From positions 1 through 14,312 of the forward strand of contig CBFGIY010000061.1 in assembly GCA_965648935.1 (NCBI GenBank): a DNA stretch of 14,312 bases, given 5' to 3'. Origin of the DNA: a candidate division WOR-3 bacterium (GTDB taxonomy: Bacteria; Hydrothermota; Tepidihabitantia; Tepidihabitantales; Tepidihabitantaceae). The translations under genes were made by a program, and so were the position numbers. The stretch's first letter is position 1, and every line of letters begins with the position of its first letter. Positions 1 to 7,405 of the stretch are shown here, piece by piece. The notes below the pieces were generated by a model. That model worked only from the letters and a program-made list of their open reading frames with translations, had not been told where the DNA came from and ran no database searches.

Positions 1-5
1 CCCGG

Positions 6-1493
6 TTAGAGCGACTCGGTCAGCAGCTTGAAGTCGGTCGGCTGCAGCAGGTAGTCGGTCTTGACGTCAATCGCCAGTTCGTAGCGCCGGGCGAACTCGC
101 TCAGGCGCTCGTACCACTCGGTCGTCAGGAAATCGGTCATCGGCGGCGCGGCGAGGATGCGCAGGCGCCGGCCGCGCAGCTTCGCGAGCCGCGTGATTAT
201 CTGGCGCTCGATCTTCATCGCGACCTCGGCGCGGGAGCGCACGCGGCCCGTGCCCTTGCAGGTCGGGCAGGTCTCGTGCATCGCGTACATCATGCCCGGC
301 CGGGTCCGCTCGCGGGTCATCTCCAGGAGCCCGAACCGGCTCATCTTCGAGTAATCGGCCTTGGCCCGGTCGTTGGAGAGGTGCAGCTTCAGCTCGGCGA
401 TGACCTGCTCGGTGTTCTTCACGTCTTCCATATCGATGAAGTCGATGATGAGCAGTCCGGCGAGATCGCGCAGCCGGATCTGGCGGGCGATTTCGGCCGC
501 GGCCTCAAGGTTGGTCTGCAGTATCAGCCGCTCCGGGTCGTCCTCCCGGGCCGACCGGCCGGTGTTGACGTCGATCGCGACCATCGCCTCGGTCTGGTCG
601 ATGGTGATGAACCCGCCCGATTTCAGCCAGATGCGCTTCTGGAACACCCGTTCCAGCTCGGCCTCGACCCCGGTCTGCTCGAGCAGCGGCACATCGCCCT
701 TGTACAGCTCGACGCGGCGCTTGATTGCCGGCGCGACGCGGCCGAGGTACTCGGTAATTTCGCGGTAGGCCTCCTCGTTGTCGACGATCATCCGGTCGAC
801 GTCGGCGCCGAACTGGTCGCGCACGAGCTTGACCCCGATCGACGGCTCCTCGTAGACCACGGCCGGGGCCTTGGCCGCCTCGGCCCGGGCCCGCGTTTCG
901 TTCCAGATTGCCTCGAGACCCTCGTACTCGGCGCGCAGATCCTCGGGCCGCGCCTCTTCGGCGAGCGTGCGGATAATCAGGCCGGCGTGGGGCGACTTGT
1001 AGCGCCGCACCGCCTCGCGCAGGCGCGAGCGCACCCGCCGGTCGCGGATGCGGCGCGAAATGCCCACCCGCTGGCCGTTGGGGAAGTAGACCAGGTACCG
1101 GCCCGGTATCGATGCGTAGGAGGTCAGGCGGGCGCCCTTCTCCGCGAAGGGATCCTTCACCACCTGCACCAGAATGTCCTCGCCTTCGTCAATGGTGATG
1201 GTGCGCGGCTCGGACCTGGCCTTCGCGCCCTTGTCCTCGTCGTCGTCGTCGAGCGCGTCGAACTCGGGTATCTCGACCAGGGGCAGGAAACCGTTCTTGC
1301 GCAGCCCGATGTTGACGAACGCGCCGCGCAGGCCCTTGACCACGTTCTCGACCCGGCCCTTGTAGATGCGGCCGACGAGAATCTGGGTCTCCTCCCGCTC
1401 GATGTAGAACTCGACCAGCCGGTCGTTCTCGATGATCGCGACGCGTGTCTCCCACTCGTTCGCGCTCAGCACGATCTTCGTCTTGACCTTCAT
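6..1493 (-). CDS. rng: Rne/Rng family ribonuclease (RNase G-sized)
   Basis: N-terminal S1 region (GRIYKGRVENV...AFVNIG...GFL), catalytic motifs IDVNTG and IIDFIDM, Zn-link CPTCKGTG; ~495 aa with no long disordered RNase E tail. ATG at 1493 chosen because GGAGGA (1501-1506, minus strand) lies 7 nt upstream. Confidence 0.93.
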   Translation of the reverse strand: MKVKTKIVLSANEWETRVAIIENDRLVEFYIEREETQILVGRIYKGRVENVVKGLRGAFVNIGLRKNGFLPLVEIPEFDALDDDDEDKGAKARSEPRTITIDEGEDILVQVVKDPFAEKGARLTSYASIPGRYLVYFPNGQRVGISRRIRDRRVRSRLREAVRRYKSPHAGLIIRTLAEEARPEDLRAEYEGLEAIWNETRARAEAAKAPAVVYEEPSIGVKLVRDQFGADVDRMIVDNEEAYREITEYLGRVAPAIKRRVELYKGDVPLLEQTGVEAELERVFQKRIWLKSGGFITIDQTEAMVAIDVNTGRSAREDDPERLILQTNLEAAAEIARQIRLRDLAGLLIIDFIDMEDVKNTEQVIAELKLHLSNDRAKADYSKMSRFGLLEMTRERTRPGMMYAMHETCPTCKGTGRVRSRAEVAMKIERQIITRLAKLRGRRLRILAAPPMTDFLTTEWYERLSEFARRYELAIDVKTDYLLQPTDFKLLTESL

Positions 1494-1496
1494 CAA

Positions 1497-3926
1497 TCAA
1501 TCCTCCAGCGGCGTGCGCAGCCTTCCGTCTGCCGCCGCAAAACACTCCATTCGCCGGACATGCAGGCAGCGCGCCTCGGCGTCGGACAGCCCGAAGAGCG
1601 CGGCCAGCGCGTCGAACAGCTTAACGCCCGGCTCGATGGCCAGGTCCAGGTGGACCAGCCCCGACTCGGCGAACCTCAATTCCCTGACCCCGCTCAACGC
1701 TCCTGCGCGCTCGGCCAGCTCGCCGGGGTCGGGCGAGCCGGGCGGCGGGGCGATCTCGTAACGCCCCAGGTTGATGATGCTGCCCAGCGACTTCGCCTCC
1801 CGGCTCACCGAGCGCGCCGCGACCACGCGCAGGCCCCGGGGCAGGAACGCTCCCAGGTCGCGCACGATGTTGCCGGTGTAGTGATAACCGGTGAACACGT
1901 CGACGTACTCGCCGTCCGAGGTCACGCCCACGGGCAGCGGCGGACCGAATGAGAGCATCGGCTTCGGCGCATAGCCCTTCGTGTAGGCCACGGGCAGCTC
2001 GCTGCGCCGCAGCGAACGGTAGAAGGCGCGGACCCGGTCCAGGTGCGCGGCGAAACGGTAGCTCTCCCCGACCGCGTACTTCAGCCGGAACCGCGTGCGC
2101 AGCTCGGGCAGGGCCGCGCTGCCGCGGCTGCGGCGCGCGTAAGCCCCGGCCACCGCGCTGTCCGGCCCGGCCTCGGGCCGCGGCGGCAGCACGCCGTCCG
2201 GGCAGGCCCCGCACCCGGTGCAGCCCGCGCTCGAGCAGTCCGGCGTCGGCGTGCCGGCGCGCGACCGCTCGTACTCGCGCTCGAGAAACTCGCGGCTCAC
2301 GCCGACGTCGACCAGGTCCCAGGGCAGGGCCGCGCCGACCGGCTTCTCGGACACAAGCCCGGCCGCGTCAAGCCCGGCCGCGGCGCAGGCCTCCTGCCAC
2401 AGCGCGAAACGGAAGTGCTCGCTCCACTCCTGAAAAATCCCGCCCTTCTGGTAGACGTACTCGACGACGCGCCCGACCCGCTCGTCGCCGCGCGCCAGCA
2501 GCGCCTGCACCCAGGAACACTCCGGATTCTCCCACTTGGCCCGGGCGTTGCGCCGCGTCACCCGCGCGCGCACCCGCTCGATCTTCGCGCGCGTCTCCCC
2601 GATATCGGCGAAAGCGGCCCACTGCAGCGGCGTGTGCGGCTTGGGCACGAACGGACTCAGGTTGTAGCGCACCGGCCGGCCCCGGCACAGCGTCGCCACC
2701 TCCTGAACGAACCGGCCGATCTCGTCGGTGTCGGCCTCGGTTTCGCCCGGCAGCCCGACCATGAAGTAGAGCTTGACCCCATTCCAGCCCGCGTCGAGCG
2801 CATTGCGCACCGATTCGAGGATGCGTGCCTCGGAGATGTGCTTGTTCACCACCGCGCGCAGCCGGTCCGAGGCCGTCTCCGGCGCGAAAGTCAGCCCGGC
2901 CTTCTTCACCTCCTGCAGGTCAAACGCCAGCTCGGGCGAGAAGTCCTCGCCCCGCGTCGAAGGCAGCGAAATCGCAACCCGCCGCTCCTTGAGCCGGCCG
3001 TTCAGCCGCTGCACCAGCTCGAGAATGTTCGGATAGTCGAGGGTCGAGAGCGACAACAGCGACACCTCGTCCCAGCCGGTCGCGCGGATGCCGCGCTCGG
3101 CGATGCGGACAATCTGGTCGATGTCGCGGAACCGGGTCGGCCGGTTCAGGAAACCGGCCTGGCAGAACCGGCACCCGCGCAGGCAGCCGCGCGCAATCTC
3201 GATCGTCAGCCGGTCGTGCGTCACCTCGCAGATCGGCACCAGCGGCGGGAACGGGAAATCGGCCTCGTTCAGCTCCGGCACCACTGCGCGCCGCACGCTG
3301 CCCGGGGTCTTGCCGTTGTAGCCGGGCACGAACACGCCCTCCAGCATCGCCAGCCGCTCCAGAATCTCGCCCCGCTCGCGGCCGTTCCACTCGCCGACCG
3401 CGGCGGTTATCTCGCGCACCAGCGCCTCGCCGTCGCCAACAGCGAAAACGTCCACGAAATCGACCCACGGCATCGGGTTCACGGTGACCGGCCCGCCGGC
3501 CACGACCAGCGGATGCCGCTCGTCGCGCTCGGCCCGGCGCAGCGGGATGTGCGCCAGGTCCAGCAGGTACAGCAGGTTCGTGCAGGAAAGCTCGCTCTGC
3601 AGCGACACGCCGAGAATGTCGAACTCGCTGACCGGCCGCTTCGATTCAAGCGCGTACAGCGGCAGGTGCCGCGCCTGCATTATGCCGCCGAGGTCGGGCC
3701 ACGGCACGAACACCCGGTCGCAACTCGCGCCCTCGATGCGGTTGATGATGCTGTAGAGCACCCTCAGCCCGTAGTTCGACATCCCAATCTCGTACACCTC
3801 GGGCATCCCGAGGACCCAGCTCACGCGCGAGTTTTCGGGGTCGCAGGAGAGGGCGTTGTACTCACCGCCCGTGTAGCGTATCGGCTTGGTTACGAGGGGT
3901 AGAACCTCGTCGATTCTTTGATCCAT
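1497..3926 (-). CDS. TIGR03960-type radical SAM protein fused to C-terminal DUF2344 (TIGR03936-type) domain
   Basis: N-terminus KPIRYTGGEYN...PEVYEIGMSNYGL; CxxxCxxC motif RGCLRGCRFCQAG (~3162-3185); extra Cys cluster CSSAGCTGCGAC (2202-2237); C-terminal domain with RFAAHLD...AYTKGYAPKPMLSFGPPLPVG. Adjacency to rng is the usual neighbourhood for this family. Start ATG 3926 (TTG 3929 alternative). Confidence 0.88.
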   Translation of the reverse strand: MDQRIDEVLPLVTKPIRYTGGEYNALSCDPENSRVSWVLGMPEVYEIGMSNYGLRVLYSIINRIEGASCDRVFVPWPDLGGIMQARHLPLYALESKRPVSEFDILGVSLQSELSCTNLLYLLDLAHIPLRRAERDERHPLVVAGGPVTVNPMPWVDFVDVFAVGDGEALVREITAAVGEWNGRERGEILERLAMLEGVFVPGYNGKTPGSVRRAVVPELNEADFPFPPLVPICEVTHDRLTIEIARGCLRGCRFCQAGFLNRPTRFRDIDQIVRIAERGIRATGWDEVSLLSLSTLDYPNILELVQRLNGRLKERRVAISLPSTRGEDFSPELAFDLQEVKKAGLTFAPETASDRLRAVVNKHISEARILESVRNALDAGWNGVKLYFMVGLPGETEADTDEIGRFVQEVATLCRGRPVRYNLSPFVPKPHTPLQWAAFADIGETRAKIERVRARVTRRNARAKWENPECSWVQALLARGDERVGRVVEYVYQKGGIFQEWSEHFRFALWQEACAAAGLDAAGLVSEKPVGAALPWDLVDVGVSREFLEREYERSRAGTPTPDCSSAGCTGCGACPDGVLPPRPEAGPDSAVAGAYARRSRGSAALPELRTRFRLKYAVGESYRFAAHLDRVRAFYRSLRRSELPVAYTKGYAPKPMLSFGPPLPVGVTSDGEYVDVFTGYHYTGNIVRDLGAFLPRGLRVVAARSVSREAKSLGSIINLGRYEIAPPPGSPDPGELAERAGALSGVRELRFAESGLVHLDLAIEPGVKLFDALAALFGLSDAEARCLHVRRMECFAAADGRLRTPLED

Positions 3927-3941
3927 CAAGGCTTTGCGCCT

Positions 3942-3969
3942 ATACTAGCGGCGACCGCACGCCAGTCAA
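3942..3969 (-). promoter_or_regulatory. sigma70-type promoter for the radical SAM-rng operon
   Basis: Minus strand TTGACT (3964-3969), 16 nt, TAGTAT (3942-3947); 15 nt upstream of the ATG, no obvious SD. Confidence 0.6.
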
Positions 3970-4294
3970 GCCGGCCGGCCACAGGACAAGGCACAAAGCA
4001 GGTCCGCTGCAAGACAGCGCCCCGGCCGGCCTCTGGACGACGATTTAGACAGCGGGCTCTCGGCCCGGCCATCACCTGCCCTGAACCTGCCGCTTGCCCG
4101 TGACCTGGAATCTGCGCTTGCCACCGCGTTCGCGGCTGGCTTTGACGTTCCCCTGGGCCGGCCAGTCGTTGGAGATTCAGACGCCAGAGTCAAAGTCAGA
4201 CTCGCCCGTCGCTTCTGGCCCGCGCCGGCCGCGCGCCTCGGCCCGACGCTCAAGCGAGGCCCGACGGCTCGGACCACCGGGGGAGTGACCCCCT

Positions 4295-4342
4295 CCACAA
4301 CCTGTAGTATCCTGACCTTGCTCGCACCACAACAGGTAGTGG
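4295..4342. promoter_or_regulatory. tandem NrdR-box-like operator pair
   Basis: CCACAACCTGTAGTAT (4295-4310) and CCACAACAGGTAGTGG (4327-4342): two 16-bp pseudo-palindromes starting 32 bp apart, resembling the NrdR consensus acaCwAtATaTwGtgt and its typical 31-32 bp tandem spacing. The central bases deviate from consensus. Confidence 0.6.
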
Positions 4343-4367
4343 CCTTGCCGGACAGCCAGCGATAGCG

Positions 4368-4396
4368 CGGCGGGCCCGGCAATGCCGAGCCCGCCG
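4368..4396 (-). terminator. GC-rich hairpin after aqpZ (terminator-like, no U-tract)
   Basis: CGGCGGGCCCGGC-AAT-GCCGAGCCCGCCG; 13-bp stem that is fully paired (one G-U) in the minus-strand RNA, ~20 nt after the aqpZ stop. Confidence 0.5.
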
Positions 4397-4415
4397 AAGG
4401 AACCTGCCGCCGCGG

Positions 4416-5099
4416 CTACTTCTTGTCGAACATCAGCCGCCAGATGAGCGCGGCGATGACGCCGCCGACCAGCGGCGCCACGATGAACAACCAGAGCTGG
4501 GACAGCGCCTGCCCGCCCACGAGCACCGCCGGCCCGAGGCTGCGCGCCGGGTTCACCGAGGTCCCGGTCACCGGGATGCCGACGATGTGGATGAGCACCA
4601 ACGCGAGACCGATGGGTATGCCGGCGAACCCGGCCGGCGCTCCCTTGCTCGTCGCGCCGAAGATGACCAAAAGGAACAGCGCGGTGAACACGACCTCGAA
4701 CACCAGCGCCGAGGCGAGCGGGTACCCGCCCGGCGAACCCGCGTCGAACCCGTTCTGGCCCAGGCCGCCTGAGTAACCGGGAAGGCCCGACGCAATCCAG
4801 TACAGCACGGCCGCGCCGGCAATCGCGCCGACGCACTGGGCGATGACGTACAGGATTGTGTCCTTGAACTTCATCTTGCCGGCCACCAGCATTGCCACGC
4901 TGATTGCCGGGTTGATGTGACAGCCCGAGATGTGGCCGATGGCGTAGACCATCGCCAGCACGGTCAGGCCGAACGCGAACGATATGCCGAGGAAGCCGAC
5001 CTTGTCCCCGGCAATCACCGCGCTGCCGCACCCGACCAGCACCAGCGCGAACGTGCCGAGAAACTCCGCAACGAACTTGCGGCCACTGCCGTACTCCAT
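4416..5099 (-). CDS. aqpZ: aquaporin Z (MIP family water channel)
   Basis: AEFLGTF start motif, two NPA boxes (SGCHINPAIS, GTSVNPARS), AqpZ-type filter residues (F in KVGFLG, H in LIHI, T and R around the second NPA); SD AGGAGGAG at 5104-5111. Confidence 0.95.
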   Translation of the reverse strand: MEYGSGRKFVAEFLGTFALVLVGCGSAVIAGDKVGFLGISFAFGLTVLAMVYAIGHISGCHINPAISVAMLVAGKMKFKDTILYVIAQCVGAIAGAAVLYWIASGLPGYSGGLGQNGFDAGSPGGYPLASALVFEVVFTALFLLVIFGATSKGAPAGFAGIPIGLALVLIHIVGIPVTGTSVNPARSLGPAVLVGGQALSQLWLFIVAPLVGGVIAALIWRLMFDKK

Positions 5100-5159
5100 C
5101 TGCTCCTCCTTTAGTGGTTACCGATTCACCCGGGCGAGATGTGCGCCCCGCCGCATATC

Positions 5160-5188
5160 ATCTTGCGGCGGTATTCTGCCCCTGTCAA
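5160..5188 (-). promoter_or_regulatory. putative aqpZ promoter overlapped by an inverted repeat
   Basis: TTGACA (5183-5188), 17 nt, CAAGAT (5160-5165, weak -10); inverted repeat CCGCCGCA-N8-TGCGGCGG (5148-5171) brackets the -10. Confidence 0.45.
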
Positions 5189-5213
5189 CCTGCCAAGCCG
5201 CTCCCTCAAGTCC

Positions 5214-5245
5214 GGGAGCTTGGGTTTTGGGCTTTGGGGTTTTGG
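5214..5245 (+). repeat. 7-bp periodic G/T repeat (G-quadruplex-like motif)
   Basis: TTGGGTT TTGGGCT TTGGGGT TTTGG (5220-5245), preceded by GGG at 5214-5216. Confidence 0.65.
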
Positions 5246-5258
5246 CGTCTGCCGCGGC

Positions 5259-6224
5259 CTAGATGGCCTCGATTGTCGACGGCGGCTTGGTTGTGATACT
5301 GTAGGTCACGCTCACCACGCCCGGCACCTCGGTCGTGATGCGCTCGGCCAGCTTCTCCAGCTTCTCCCAGGGCAGGCGCGTCACCGTCGCGGTGATGGCA
5401 TCGGTGCTCTCGAAGCAGCGCAGTTCTATCTGCGCGCCGAAGTCGCGCTTGCCGCCCCGCATCCCGGTCACCTTGTCCTGATGCAGAATGGCGAGATACT
5501 GAAACGCCTTGCACCCGGCAAGCTCGGCCTCCAGAATCGCGGTCGCCTTGCGCACTATCGCCACGCGCTCGCGCGTTACCTCGCCGATGACCCGCGCCGC
5601 CAGCGCCGGGCCCGGGAACGGCGGCCGCGCGTAGATTTCCTCGGGCAGCCCCAGCGCCTTGCCGACAATGCGGATTGCGGTCTTGCGCAACTGCAGAACC
5701 GGCTCCAGCACCTTGTACCCGAACTCCTTCTGGGTATCAATGCCGAGCTGTTCGAGAATGTTGTGCTGGCGCTTCACGCCGGCGACCGTTTCCTCCACGT
5801 CGGTCCAGTTCGTGCCCTGCAGGAGGAACCGCGCGCCGCTTGCGCGCACGAGGTCCCCGAACACCTTCTTGTAGAACGTCTGGGTAATCGCCTCGCGCTT
5901 CTGTTCCGGGTCGGTCAGGCCCGATAGCGCCCCAAAGAACGCGTCCTCAGCATCGACCAGCTCGACCGGCACTCCGAGCTTTGCGAATACGCCGACGATG
6001 TATTCAGGTTCGCCCTCGCGCATAATGCCGTTGGACACGAAGTAGGTCTTTAGCCGCTTGCCCAGCGCCCGGTGCCCGAGCATCGTCACGACCGACGAGT
6101 CCACGCCGCCGGACAGCGCGTTCACGGCCAGCCCCTCGCCCACGACCTGGCGCAGCGACTCGACCTGCTCGTTGATGAACTGCTCGACGTTCAGTTGCTC
6201 GGGCGTTATCTCTTTGACGTTCAT
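5259..6224 (-). CDS. GMP synthase ATP-pyrophosphatase subunit-like protein (no glutamine amidotransferase domain; divergent)
   Basis: PP-loop ALSGGVDSSV, TDPEQKR, FLLQGT, PFPGPAL, C-terminal KPPSTIE; 321 aa; SD GGAGG at 6229-6233. Confidence 0.85.
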   Translation of the reverse strand: MNVKEITPEQLNVEQFINEQVESLRQVVGEGLAVNALSGGVDSSVVTMLGHRALGKRLKTYFVSNGIMREGEPEYIVGVFAKLGVPVELVDAEDAFFGALSGLTDPEQKREAITQTFYKKVFGDLVRASGARFLLQGTNWTDVEETVAGVKRQHNILEQLGIDTQKEFGYKVLEPVLQLRKTAIRIVGKALGLPEEIYARPPFPGPALAARVIGEVTRERVAIVRKATAILEAELAGCKAFQYLAILHQDKVTGMRGGKRDFGAQIELRCFESTDAITATVTRLPWEKLEKLAERITTEVPGVVSVTYSITTKPPSTIEAI

Positions 6225-6254
6225 TGTGCCTCCGTTGCGGCCGGTTGAGGCCCA

Positions 6255-6282
6255 AGCCTAGACCGGCTCAGCCCCTCGTCAA
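6255..6282 (-). promoter_or_regulatory. sigma70-type promoter for the GuaA-like gene
   Basis: TTGACG (6277-6282), 16 nt, TAGGCT (6255-6260). Confidence 0.6.
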
Positions 6283-6515
6283 GCGCGGACCCAGTAGCCA
6301 CGCTTTCGTATGGCCCGCGTTCCCACGCGGGTCTCACACCGCGTCATGATGCACTTGAGGTGGTCGCCCGTTCCCTTCAGACTAGATGCGCCTCCTGCGA
6401 CCCTTGCTCGGCCAAACAGCAGCGCCTGCCCACCTAGAAGTCGCACCGGCTTTCCGTGCCTGAAAGTCGAGTGCGGCAGACCATCGGTCCACTACGGGAG
6501 CCTACCAGCGATACG

Positions 6516-6947
6516 TCAGAAATCGTCCTTCCCCACTAATTCCTGCTCCATCTCGTCTGCTGCCTCAACCACGAAGTTGACCACAGAACGAAGTGTCTCG
6601 GCGTCGGAGTTGGCTGAGATCTTGACTGAAAAAACCGCATAGTACTTGTCCCCCATCTTGGCTGCCTCCCACGCACCCAGCTTCATAGCCCGGTTCTTCC
6701 TAAGGAGCTTGAACGAGACATCGGCCGGGAATTCGACCGTGGACTCGTAGGCGATGGACCAGACTTCGCGAACCTCCATGCCCCTATAGCTTGAAGTGTT
6801 TGAGTTCACCCACACCAACTGACTACGGCCCTTGTCGAGCCCGAAGCCAAGCTTGAAGTCGCCGTCACCGTCAATCTTGTACTTCAGCCCAAGCGCCACC
6901 AAGAGCTTCTCCACACGGTCATCCGGGTGTTTGGTATCACCTATCAC
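6516..6947 (-). CDS. YbjN / type III secretion chaperone (CesT)-like domain protein, 143 aa
   Basis: Pattern LGLKYKIDGDGDFKL...GRSQLVWVNS...LLRKNRAMKLGAW...AADEMEQEL fits YbjN/CesT-fold proteins. Start reassigned to GTG 6947, 7 nt after SD AAGGAG; the track's N-terminal extension overlaps a separate small gene. Confidence 0.7.
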   Translation of the reverse strand: MIGDTKHPDDRVEKLLVALGLKYKIDGDGDFKLGFGLDKGRSQLVWVNSNTSSYRGMEVREVWSIAYESTVEFPADVSFKLLRKNRAMKLGAWEAAKMGDKYYAVFSVKISANSDAETLRSVVNFVVEAADEMEQELVGKDDF

Positions 6948-6972
6948 TGCATCACTCCTTTCTACGACACGG

Positions 6973-7143
6973 CTACTTGTCGCACAACCATGCCTCAGCC
7001 TTGTGCATCGCCTCGCCTGCAGAGCCGGCCCTGCCAATGTGCGTCGTGCCAGCGTAGGCGACATACACATCCTTGCTCGAGGGGTCCCACTTCACTTCAA
7101 CTTCCTTGTGGGTCTTGCCTGACTTCACCCTGCCGATCGTCAT
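6973..7143 (-). CDS. hypothetical 56-aa protein (absent from the ORF track)
   Basis: Hand translation MTIGRVKSGKTHKEVEVKWDPSSKDVYVAYAGTTHIGRAGSAGEAMHKAEAWLCDK*; SD GGAG upstream; ends 25 nt before the YbjN-like start. Confidence 0.7.
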   Translation of the reverse strand: MTIGRVKSGKTHKEVEVKWDPSSKDVYVAYAGTTHIGRAGSAGEAMHKAEAWLCDK

Positions 7144-7254
7144 GCGTTTCTCCGTGCGTCGATCTGATATCGCAGGCTATGCACCGCCAAGGCCCTAAGG
7201 GACCAGGGGCACTTCTTGATTAACACGCTTCAGATTGATGTGCAGGGTCATGTC

Positions 7255-7398
7255 TCAGCCTTCAACACGCTGGTGGCGCGTTTCGGCCGCCTTGCGCGTG
7301 GCTGCGCGACGCTTGCGCGTCACTGCGGCCTTCTTGCCGGCCGCCCTGAGCTTGCGCGTGCGGGCGGCCTTCTGTCCGGCCGTGAGTGTCCTCTCCAT
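7255..7398 (-). CDS. 47-aa Lys/Arg/Ala-rich repeat peptide, probably leaderless
   Basis: MERTLTAGQKAARTRKLRAAGKKAAVTRKRRAATRKAAETRHQRVEG; three 13-aa repeats; ATG 7 nt after a good -10 box. Confidence 0.65.
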   Translation of the reverse strand: MERTLTAGQKAARTRKLRAAGKKAAVTRKRRAATRKAAETRHQRVEG

Positions 7399-7405
7399 AT
7401 CTCGG

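Noticed and set aside
276..3902. Long plus-strand ORFs 276..1952 (558 aa) and 2043..3902 (619 aa)
   Set aside because: Antisense shadows of rng and the radical SAM gene, expected in high-GC DNA; no recognisable motifs.
4075..4200. 6S RNA or RNase P RNA (CCTGAACC motif)
   Set aside because: No complementary GGTTCAGG arm or long rod structure, and no GAGGAAAGTCC or ACAGAA..CGGCTTA signatures.
4295..4342. Mini-CRISPR or DnaA boxes
   Set aside because: Only two 14-16 bp units with a 16-bp gap and no cas genes; poor match to TTATCCACA and no AT-rich unwinding region.
4290..4345. Cobalamin riboswitch upstream of the radical SAM gene (minus-strand GCCACT and GTCAGGATAC fragments)
   Set aside because: The core GGGAA..CGGTG.AA.TCCG..CCC.C.ACTGT elements are absent; the NrdR-box reading fits better.
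3966..4382. 138-aa minus-strand ORF filling the intergenic gap
   Set aside because: Low-complexity R/A/S/G/P sequence; starts inside the aqpZ hairpin and runs through the operator-like boxes into a -35 element.
6948..7070. N-terminal 41 aa of track ORF 6516..7070
   Set aside because: Overlaps the better-supported 56-aa gene in another frame; a strong SD precedes GTG 6947.
7176..7190. sigma54 promoter upstream of the 56-aa ORF (minus-strand TTGGCGGTGCATAGC)
   Set aside because: GG-to-GC spacing is one base short of the strict -24/-12 geometry.
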